Part shown: one piece after another, positions 16,272-24,090 of the stretch
Numbering within the stretch: position 1 is the first letter of the stretch
How the letters are laid out: each line of letters begins with the position of its first letter
Assembly (NCBI GenBank): GCA_963769025.1
Contig: CAVYKI010000003.1
Coordinates: 32,001-96,000 of the forward strand
DNA from: an uncultured Verrucomicrobiae bacterium
GTDB taxonomy: Bacteria; Verrucomicrobiota; Verrucomicrobiia; Chthoniobacterales; Chthoniobacteraceae
Reading direction: 5' to 3'
DNA: 64,000 nucleotides
Notes under the pieces: generated by a model
The model's input: the letters and a program-made list of their open reading frames with translations, nothing else
Database searches by the model: none
What the model was told of the DNA's origin: nothing
Translations under genes and position numbers: made by a program

Positions 16272-17918
16272 ATGCGCTCGCAGCTTTCGACCGCCCTCAT
16301 TTTCCTCGCAGCCGCACTGGCGTGCGCGGGCATCTCTGCCCGGGCCGAGTCGTTGTCGCAGCGAATCGATACGCTGATCGCGGCCAAGGCGAAGGCCGCC
16401 GCACAGCCTCTCGCAGCTCCCGCGGAAGACGCGGAATTTTTTCGCCGCGCGTGGCTCGACTTCAATGGGAGCATCCCGCTCGCGGAGGAGACGCGGAAGT
16501 TCCTGGCCGATTCCGCGCCGGACAAACGGTCGAAACTGATCGACCGGCTTTTCGCTGCGCCGGAGTTCGCTGGCCGGATGGCAGAGGTGTTCAACATCCA
16601 GCTCATGGAGCGCAACGGCGACAACGAGGAGTGGCGGCGTTACCTCATGGATTCGTTTCGCGAGAACAAGCCATGGGACCGGATGGTGCGGGAGATGGTC
16701 AGCCCGGATTTCAAGGACGAGAAGCTGCGGGGTGCGGGCCATTTCATCACGCGCCGGCTGGAAAAAGTCGGGCAGCAGGACACGGATTACCCCGGGCTCA
16801 CGCGCGACACGGGGCGGCTCTTCATGGGCGTGGACCTCCAGTGCTGCCAGTGCCACAAGCATCTTACGGTAAACGATTACAAGCAGGTGGACTTCAGCGG
16901 CCTGTTCGTCGCGTTCCAGAATGCGAAGCTCCAGCCTGCGGGAGGCGATTACAAGTCGGCATGGCTTTCCGAGGGGCTGCTGGCGAAGAAGTATGAATTC
17001 GTCTCGGTGCTCAGCAGCGCGAAGGGCGCAACCGGCCCGCGCGTGCCGCTCGGCGCCGAGGTGGATATTCCCGCGCTGCCGGAGAGCGAGCAATGGATCG
17101 AGCCGCCGGACAAAAAGAAGCGCGCGCTCGGCGTGCCGCGCTTCAGCCCGCTCAAGGAACTCGGCCAGCGTCTCGCATCGGGCGAGAATCCCTACTTCGC
17201 ACGCAACATTGCAAACCGCGTCTGGTTCCTCGCGATGGGCCGCGGCCTCGTCGAGCCACTCGATCTGATCCACAGCGAAAACCCGGCGTCGCATCCCGAA
17301 CTGCTCGACCTTCTCGCGAAGGAAATCACCGGCCACAAGTTCGACATCAAATGGCTGCTGCGTGAACTCGCGCTCACGCAAACCTACGCCCGCTCCAGCA
17401 TCCTCCCCGCCGATGCGAAGGACGCGCCGGAGGAACTGTTCACGGTCGCCAAGGAGCGTCCTCTTGCCGCCGAGCAGCTCGCGCGCGCATTTCTCACCGC
17501 GACCGGCGAGCAGGATCGCGTTCTCGGCGGCGAGGGCTGGGACGGCATCGAGGGGAAGAAGGTGGAGCGGAAGGAATTTGAGAGGGCGTTTACCGCTGCG
17601 TTCGCAAATGCTGCGAAAGAGCCGGAGTTGTCCGTCAATCCGACGCTGCGTGCGGCGCTCTTCCTGCGAAACAACGATCTCGTGCTCTGGGCGCTCCAGA
17701 GGCGGAAAGGCAACCTGATGGACCGCGTCGCCGCGATGAGCGACGCCGGCCAGATTGCGGACGAGCTCTACGTTTCCATCCTCACGCGCCCGCCGACGGC
17801 GGAAGAAAAAACGGAGGTGGCGACGTTCCTCGCAAAGCATCACGCCACCCGCGAAAAGGCGCTCGGTCACTACTCTTGGGCCATGCTGTCCTCGATGGAG
17901 TTTTTTGTGAATCACTGA
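16272..17918 (+). CDS. DUF1549/DUF1553 (planctomycete-type) secreted protein
   Basis: Signal peptide; FFRRAWLD, DKRSKLIDRL, NKPWDRMVRE, LQCCQCHKH (CxxCH), NPYFARNIANRVW and NPASHPELLDLLA. Confidence 0.88.
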   Translation: MRSQLSTALIFLAAALACAGISARAESLSQRIDTLIAAKAKAAAQPLAAPAEDAEFFRRAWLDFNGSIPLAEETRKFLADSAPDKRSKLIDRLFAAPEFAGRMAEVFNIQLMERNGDNEEWRRYLMDSFRENKPWDRMVREMVSPDFKDEKLRGAGHFITRRLEKVGQQDTDYPGLTRDTGRLFMGVDLQCCQCHKHLTVNDYKQVDFSGLFVAFQNAKLQPAGGDYKSAWLSEGLLAKKYEFVSVLSSAKGATGPRVPLGAEVDIPALPESEQWIEPPDKKKRALGVPRFSPLKELGQRLASGENPYFARNIANRVWFLAMGRGLVEPLDLIHSENPASHPELLDLLAKEITGHKFDIKWLLRELALTQTYARSSILPADAKDAPEELFTVAKERPLAAEQLARAFLTATGEQDRVLGGEGWDGIEGKKVERKEFERAFTAAFANAAKEPELSVNPTLRAALFLRNNDLVLWALQRRKGNLMDRVAAMSDAGQIADELYVSILTRPPTAEEKTEVATFLAKHHATREKALGHYSWAMLSSMEFFVNH

Positions 17919-17931
17919 ACACTCGCCGCCA

Positions 17932-19212
17932 ATGAATCCCCTTTGCAAACCTTGGGAGCACGCCGTTTCCCGCCGCCAGTTCCTCGGTGCATCTGCGGGC
18001 GCGTTTGCGTTTGGCGCGCTCGGCGGAATTGCCAGCGCCCAGGCCGCGGAGGCGATGCGCAAGAAGGAGAAGCAGGTTCTCTTCGTCTGGCTCGACGGCG
18101 GGATCAGCCAGCTCGAGAGCTGGGATCCGAAGCCGAACACGCAATTCGGCGGGCCGTTCCGCGCAATCCCGACGAGCGTGCCGGGCGTTCATTTCTCCGA
18201 ACTCATGCAGAAATCGGCGAAGCAGGCGCACCGGCTCTGCGTCGTGCGCAGCCTCTGCACGCAGGACAACGCGCACTCGTCCGGCGTCGCGCGCATCCAG
18301 CGCGGCGATCCGAAAAACCGCGGCGTCGCGTATCCGTATTTCGGCTCGGCAATTTCGAAGCTCATGGGGCCGACTGCGACGAAGCTCCCCGCCTACGTGT
18401 GGATCAAGCCCGACAGCGGCGGCTTCAAGACGGAGGACGCCGGTTTCCTCGGGCCAAAATACGGCTCGCTCGCATTCGGCGACGGCAAGCCGCCGGAGGA
18501 CTTGCTGCGCCACGCATCGCTCGCCGCGGACGAGGACGAGGAACGCAATGAACTGCGCGAGATGCTGAACAAACGCTACGCCGCGCGGCGCCGCACGAAT
18601 TTCACCGAGGCGAGCAGCTTTGTCTTCGACACCGCACGGGAGCTGATGAAGCGCTCGGAGATCTTCGACACGAGCAAGCTGCCGCCGAAGGATCTCGACC
18701 GGTACGGGCGGACGCAGATCGGACAGCACATGCTCATCGCGCGCAACATGCTCGAAGCCGGCGTGCGCTTCGTGAAGGTCACCAACTACGGCTGGGACAC
18801 ACACGGCGACAATTTCAACGGCCACGCCTCGCTCGTGCCGAAGTTTGATCGCGCCTTCGCCGCCATCGTCGAAGATCTCGCGGCGACCGGCCTGCTGGAG
18901 CACACGCTGGTCGTGGCAATGAGCGAATTCGGCCGGACGCCGCGCATCAACGGCCACGTCGGCCGTGACCATTGGCCCGAGGCGTGGAGCCTCGCGATGG
19001 CCGGCTGCGGCGTGAAACCCGGCTGTGTCGTCGGCGCGACGAACGACAAGGGCACCTTCGTGAAGGACAACGGCTACGACATCGGCTCGGTCTTCCACAC
19101 GTGGTTCAACGCGCTCGGCATCGATTCGAGGATCGAGGAATACGACAATCACGGACAGCCGCTGCCGATCGCACACGAGGATATGAAGCCCATCAAGGAG
19201 GCACTCGCATGA
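17932..19212 (+). CDS. DUF1501 protein with Tat signal
   Basis: SRRQFLG, WLDGGISQLESWDPKP, GWDTH, SEFGRTPRIN and GRDHW. Confidence 0.9.
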   Translation: MNPLCKPWEHAVSRRQFLGASAGAFAFGALGGIASAQAAEAMRKKEKQVLFVWLDGGISQLESWDPKPNTQFGGPFRAIPTSVPGVHFSELMQKSAKQAHRLCVVRSLCTQDNAHSSGVARIQRGDPKNRGVAYPYFGSAISKLMGPTATKLPAYVWIKPDSGGFKTEDAGFLGPKYGSLAFGDGKPPEDLLRHASLAADEDEERNELREMLNKRYAARRRTNFTEASSFVFDTARELMKRSEIFDTSKLPPKDLDRYGRTQIGQHMLIARNMLEAGVRFVKVTNYGWDTHGDNFNGHASLVPKFDRAFAAIVEDLAATGLLEHTLVVAMSEFGRTPRINGHVGRDHWPEAWSLAMAGCGVKPGCVVGATNDKGTFVKDNGYDIGSVFHTWFNALGIDSRIEEYDNHGQPLPIAHEDMKPIKEALA

Positions 19213-20342
19213 CTGCCGAACCGAAGGAACTGAAGACCTTCCCCTCCGACCGCCAGCTTCTCTCTGCGCGCTTCAGCCCGTGCGGAAACGTGCTCGCCTC
19301 GGGTGCGATGGATCGCGTGGTGATGCGCTGGAGCGTCGTGGAAAAGAAAACGGCCCCCGGCGTCGTCCCTCCCGACGATGCCCTGGGGAAGCCCGCGCCC
19401 AAGCCCGCAAAGACCGCCAAACCCGAGTCCCCCGTCGAACTCGTCCCGCTGCCGCCGCTCGGTGGATTCAACGGCTGGGTGCAGAGCATCGCGTTTCACC
19501 CGACCGACAAGCTGCTCTTCGCCTCGGACAGTTGGGGCAAACTCGCCTGCACGCCGTACGAGGGCGACGCCCCCAAGCCGATTTGGGAGCACGCCGCCGC
19601 GCACGACGGCGCGATCCGCCGCATCGCAATCTCCGCGGACGGCAAGCTCATCGCGACGTGCGGTGCCGACCAGTTCGTGCGCGTCTGGAATTCCGCCGAC
19701 GGCAAGCCCGTCGCGAAGCACGGGCACACGAGCGACATCTTTGCGCTGACGTTCACGCCGGACGGCACGCAGATCGTGTTCGGCGATTTGTTCGCCAAGT
19801 TGTCGGTGCTGGATTTCAAGGCGGATAAAGTCGTCCGGCAGCTTGAAGCCGAGCCGCTTTACAAACTCTCGCGCATGCAGGATGTGGCGGGCCTGCGCGT
19901 GCTCACTTTCCTCGACGGAGGCCGCACGCTGCTTGCCGCCGGCTGCAATCCGGAAGGCGGCGGGTTCGTGCAAGGCGTGCCGGTGTTGCTGGAATTCGAC
20001 TTCGCCACCGGAAAGCCATCACGTGAGGTGCGGCTCGGTGCGACGAAGGAAGGATTCGTCCACGATGTCGCGTGGCATCCGGACGGCTTCCTCATCGCCA
20101 TCACGGGAGGGCAGCCCGGTTCGGGAAAGCTGGTGTATCTGCGTCCCGGAGAGAACGAGCCGTCCTACACGCGCACCGCCGGGCTCGCGAACTGCCACTC
20201 CGTGGCGCTGCATCCGGACAAGCGCCGCTTTGTGGTGACCTCGACGAACGCCAACAGCAACGGCAATGGACGAAGGCTCACCGCCGACGGCGACTATCCC
20301 GGCAACACGTCACCGCTGCACCTCTTCGAGATCCCGGCGTGA
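19209..20342 (+). CDS. WD40-repeat protein
   Basis: ATGA overlap with the DUF1501 stop; repeats such as RFSPCGNVLASG, AFHPTDKLL, HDGAIRRIAISADGKLIATCGAD and VAWHPDG. Confidence 0.82.
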   Translation: MTAEPKELKTFPSDRQLLSARFSPCGNVLASGAMDRVVMRWSVVEKKTAPGVVPPDDALGKPAPKPAKTAKPESPVELVPLPPLGGFNGWVQSIAFHPTDKLLFASDSWGKLACTPYEGDAPKPIWEHAAAHDGAIRRIAISADGKLIATCGADQFVRVWNSADGKPVAKHGHTSDIFALTFTPDGTQIVFGDLFAKLSVLDFKADKVVRQLEAEPLYKLSRMQDVAGLRVLTFLDGGRTLLAAGCNPEGGGFVQGVPVLLEFDFATGKPSREVRLGATKEGFVHDVAWHPDGFLIAITGGQPGSGKLVYLRPGENEPSYTRTAGLANCHSVALHPDKRRFVVTSTNANSNGNGRRLTADGDYPGNTSPLHLFEIPA

Positions 20343-20374
20343 TGTCCACCCGGTCGCCAAAGGGGACGCACTGA

Positions 20375-22222
20375 CTACCGGCCCTTTACAGCCCGTTCGA
20401 CCAGGAGCGCGGCGAGGTGCTGGGTCGCGTCATCCAGCGCGGCGACCGCCTTCTTCAGCGGTTGCGCGGCACCCGTGGCGATGGCGGCTTCGACTTCCGC
20501 GACGCGGCTCGCGATTGCCTGCCGTTCGTCGGAGGAAAGTTCGCCACCGACCTGCGCCAGCGCGATGCGGACGGCGGGGAGCATCTCGCCCGCTTTCAAA
20601 TTCGCCTCGGTGAAGGCGCGGTCGTTCATGTCCTCGAAGGCGTGCTCCAGCGAATCCTCCAGCATTTTCTCCACGGCCTCGTCGCTCACGTCCACGGCGC
20701 TCGACACCTCGACGGTGCGCTCGCTGCCGGTTTTCGTGTCGCGGGCGAGGACACGCAGGATGCCGTTCGCATCGATCTCGAACTGCACGCCGACGCGCGC
20801 GTGTCCCTTCGGCGCCTGCTCGAATTCCAGGTCGAATTTCCCGAGCTCCCAGTTGTCCTTCGCAAGTTCGCGCTCGCCCTGCAGCACGCGCACGAGCATC
20901 GAACGCTGGCCGCTCACGGCGTTCGTGAACATCTCGCCGCGCTTGATGGGAATGGTGGAGTTGCGCGGGATGATGACGTTCATCAGCCCGCCGAACGTCT
21001 CGATGCCGAGCGAGAGCGGCGTGATGTCGAGCAGCACGACATTCTGCACCGCGCCGCTGAGGATGCCCGCCTGGATGACCGCGCCGATGGCCACGGCCTC
21101 GTCGGGATTCTGCGAGGTGTTTGCGGCCTTTCCAAAAATCTCCGCGACCGACCGCCGCACCATCGGCATGCGCGTCTGTCCGCCGACGAGGATGATCTCG
21201 TCGAGTTCCTCGGGTTTCAGCTTCGCATCCGCGAGCGCGCGCAGGCAGTGGGCGCGCGTCCTTTCCACGATGGGCGCGGCGAGCCGCTCCAGGTCCGCGC
21301 GGGTCAGGGAAAGTGAAACGCTCCCGTGCCCTTCGACAAACGGAAGCTCGACGGCGGTCTCTTCCATTTCCGAGAGCCGGTGTTTCGCCTCGACCGCCGC
21401 CTCCCGCAGGCGCGCGAGGAGTCCGGGCGGCAGGGACGGGTCCCCGAGCCGTCCCACTTGCAACCTGCTTGAGTCGTCCGTGCGATCAGACCCCGGAAAA
21501 TTGGGGACGTTTCGGCGAAACGTCCCTACCAAGGACTCCACGAGCGCGGCGTCGATGTCGTCGCCGCCGAGTCGCGTGTTGCCATTCGTGGAGAGGACGT
21601 GGAAGACGCCGGCGGTCAGTTCGAGGATCGAGATGTCGAATGTCCCGCCGCCGAGGTCATACACGGCGATCTTTGAACGTTCGCGCAGGCGGTCGAGACC
21701 GTATGCCAGTGCGGCGGCGGTCGGCTCATTCACGATGCGCTCGACGGTCAGCCCCGCGAGTTCCCCTGCCCGCTTGGTCGCGTTGCGCTGCGCGTCGTTG
21801 AAATACGCGGGCACGGTGATCACCGCGCGCGTGACCGGCTCTCCCATGGCGCGCTCCGCGTCGGCGCGGAGCTTTTTCAGCACCTCCGCGGCGATTTCCT
21901 CGGGCGCGCGGTCCACACCGCGTGCCTGGATCGTGACCGGCTCACCCCTTTCACCCGCGAGACGGTAAGCCACATCATCCGCCTCCTCGCCCACACGTCT
22001 GCCGATGAAGCGCTTCGCCGAGTAAATCGTATTCTCCGGATCCACCGCGCGCATGCGGGCGGCGGCTCGCCCGACGATCGGTGCACCGCCGGCCGGGAAA
22101 TGCACGACGGACGGGGTGAGCCGCTCGCCGTCCGCGTCGGCCAGCAGCACGGGGAAGCCCGCCTCCATCACGCCGACGAGCGAGTTCGTGGTTCCGAGAT
22201 CGATTCCGACAATGACTGACAT
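20375..22222 (-). CDS. Hsp70-family chaperone (DnaK/HscA-like paralog)
   Basis: IVGIDLGTTNS, AVITVPAYFNDAQR, NEPTAAALAYG, YDLGGGTFDISIL, ILVGGQTRMP and LLDITPLSLGIET. Confidence 0.93.
   Translation of the reverse strand: MSVIVGIDLGTTNSLVGVMEAGFPVLLADADGERLTPSVVHFPAGGAPIVGRAAARMRAVDPENTIYSAKRFIGRRVGEEADDVAYRLAGERGEPVTIQARGVDRAPEEIAAEVLKKLRADAERAMGEPVTRAVITVPAYFNDAQRNATKRAGELAGLTVERIVNEPTAAALAYGLDRLRERSKIAVYDLGGGTFDISILELTAGVFHVLSTNGNTRLGGDDIDAALVESLVGTFRRNVPNFPGSDRTDDSSRLQVGRLGDPSLPPGLLARLREAAVEAKHRLSEMEETAVELPFVEGHGSVSLSLTRADLERLAAPIVERTRAHCLRALADAKLKPEELDEIILVGGQTRMPMVRRSVAEIFGKAANTSQNPDEAVAIGAVIQAGILSGAVQNVVLLDITPLSLGIETFGGLMNVIIPRNSTIPIKRGEMFTNAVSGQRSMLVRVLQGERELAKDNWELGKFDLEFEQAPKGHARVGVQFEIDANGILRVLARDTKTGSERTVEVSSAVDVSDEAVEKMLEDSLEHAFEDMNDRAFTEANLKAGEMLPAVRIALAQVGGELSSDERQAIASRVAEVEAAIATGAAQPLKKAVAALDDATQHLAALLVERAVKGR
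21429..21530. repeat. REP doublet (REPIN-like) inside the Hsp70 coding sequence
   Basis: Inverted hairpin units GGCAGGGACGGGTCCCCGAGCCGTCCC (21429-21455) and GGGACGTTTCGGCGAAACGTCCCTACC (21504-21530); span 102 nt, a multiple of 3. Confidence 0.75.
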
Positions 22223-22313
22223 CGCGCGGACGATGCCGCCGCTCCGCCCGTCTGAGAAGCGCGATGTTTTCGCTTTGCCGCGCGGGGCCGTTCAGACTGA
22301 ATCGCACGCGTTC

Positions 22314-23474
22314 ATGCGAATCCTCGACCGATACGTCCTGCGAAGCTTTCTGGAGCCGTTCCTGCTCTGCTTTTTCGGCTTTCTCGGGATCCTCATCATC
22401 TTCGATCTGTTCGACAACTCGAACGACTTCATCGCGGGAAAGTCGCGCATCCTTCTCATCGGCATCTACTACGCGCACCAGATCCCGCACTTCATCCTGC
22501 TCTGCATGCCGGTCGGCATCCTGCTCGCGCTGCTCTACAGCCTCAGCAAGCTTTCGCGCTCAAACGAAATCATCTCGATGCTCACCGCCGGGCGCAGCGT
22601 CCCCCGCATCCTCGTCCCGCTTTTCATTTTCTGCGCAGGCATTGCCGGACTCTGCACGTGGCTGAACTACGAACTCGCCCCGCGCGCCGACGCGCTGCGC
22701 CGCGAGGATATCGGGCGGATCCGTTTCGGAGAGGGGGAAATGGAGAAGTTCAAGTTCGTCGTGGGACATCTCTCGAAGGATCGGATGACCAACCGGCTGT
22801 GGTTCGGCGCCGTCTGGCGTCCGAATGTCGACGCGCTCGACGAGGTGCACATCACGCAGCTCGATGCCACCGGCCAGCCGATCACCCGCTGGTACGCCCG
22901 CGAGGCCACCTACGACGCCCGTACCGGCAAGTGGATTCTCGCGCAGGGCAAGCAGGTCGGCTTCGACGCGGAAGGGAACATCTCCGGCACCACCGAGGAC
23001 TGGACGCGCAGCTACGGGGCGGATGCCACGCGCACGATCGACGGCTGGAGCGAAACGCCGTTCCGCATCGCCAGTTCGCGCATGGAAGCGGAGCAGCTCA
23101 GCGTGCCCGACCTGCAGGAGTACCTCGCCTCGAACGCCGACCTTCCGGATCGGCAGCTCGCGGCCTTTCGCACACACCTCCAGCATCGCTGGGCGCTGCC
23201 ATTCACATGCTTCGCCATCACCTTCATCGCGGCGCCGCTCGGCATCGTATATTCACGCCGGGCGGTCCTCGCATCGGTCGCTGCGAGCATCTTCATCTTC
23301 TTCGTCTTCCTCTTTCTCATGTTCTTTTTCCTCGCGCTGGGAAAAGGCCACCACGTCTCACCCGCTGTCGCCGCGTGGACTCCCAATGCCGCGCTCGTCG
23401 TGATCGGCTGCTATCTCCTTTACCTCCGCTCGACCAATCGCGAGGCATTCCGATTCTCCTTCCGTAAAAAATGA
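22314..23474 (+). CDS. LptF/LptG (YjgP/YjgQ) LPS export permease
   Basis: MRILDRYVLRSFL, LSRSNEIISMLTAG, a periplasmic beta domain, HRWALPFTC and AAWTPN. Confidence 0.9.
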   Translation: MRILDRYVLRSFLEPFLLCFFGFLGILIIFDLFDNSNDFIAGKSRILLIGIYYAHQIPHFILLCMPVGILLALLYSLSKLSRSNEIISMLTAGRSVPRILVPLFIFCAGIAGLCTWLNYELAPRADALRREDIGRIRFGEGEMEKFKFVVGHLSKDRMTNRLWFGAVWRPNVDALDEVHITQLDATGQPITRWYAREATYDARTGKWILAQGKQVGFDAEGNISGTTEDWTRSYGADATRTIDGWSETPFRIASSRMEAEQLSVPDLQEYLASNADLPDRQLAAFRTHLQHRWALPFTCFAITFIAAPLGIVYSRRAVLASVAASIFIFFVFLFLMFFFLALGKGHHVSPAVAAWTPNAALVVIGCYLLYLRSTNREAFRFSFRKK

Positions 23475-24031
23475 CCAACGACTGGACCATCCAAAGCCGA
23501 GCCCCCCACTGCGCCGCCACCGGCGTCGCATTTGCCGACGGCGAATATTTCTACACCCTTCTCTTCCATGAAAAGGACGGCTTCCGTCGCGAGGACCTGT
23601 GCGAGGAGGCGTTCAGGAACCGCGCCGAAAGCCCCGCTCCGTTTTCGTTCTGGAAATCGAAATTCGAGCCGCCGCTGGCCGCGCCACCGGAAGCCGTGAG
23701 CAAGCAGACCGCCGAGGATCTCCTGCGCAGCTACATGCTGGAGTCCGGCATCGAGCACGCAAACGCCCGCTACATCCTCGCGCTCATGCTGGAGCGCAAA
23801 CGCCTGCTGCGGGAGATCGAGGCAAAGCACGGCGACGACGGCTCGCTCACGCGCATCTACGAGCACGTGAAGACCGGCGAGGTTTTCGTGGTGCCCGACC
23901 CGCAGCTGCGCCTCGACCAGGTCGAGCAGGTGCAGCTGCAAGTCGCCGGTCTTCTCGGTGCCCCCGCGCCGAATGCACCTGTTGCGACACCCGTTCCGGC
24001 CGCGCCAGACGAGGTCTCGTCGCCGTCGTAA
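23471..24031 (+). CDS. Hypothetical protein
   Basis: 186-aa ORF coupled to the LptF/G gene, with typical codon usage; RYILALMLERKRLL. Confidence 0.7.
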   Translation: MTNDWTIQSRAPHCAATGVAFADGEYFYTLLFHEKDGFRREDLCEEAFRNRAESPAPFSFWKSKFEPPLAAPPEAVSKQTAEDLLRSYMLESGIEHANARYILALMLERKRLLREIEAKHGDDGSLTRIYEHVKTGEVFVVPDPQLRLDQVEQVQLQVAGLLGAPAPNAPVATPVPAAPDEVSSPS

Positions 24032-24090
24032 TAGCGCGGACAATCCTGTCCGCCGTGTCGCACTTCCGCGGAAAGGATTGTCCACGTTAC
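24031..24090. repeat. Short REP doublet / probable bidirectional terminator between convergent genes
   Basis: ATAGCGCGGACAATCCTGTCCGC ... GCGGAAAGGATTGTCCACGTTAC form imperfect inverted arms; the left arm is itself a hairpin. Confidence 0.7.
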
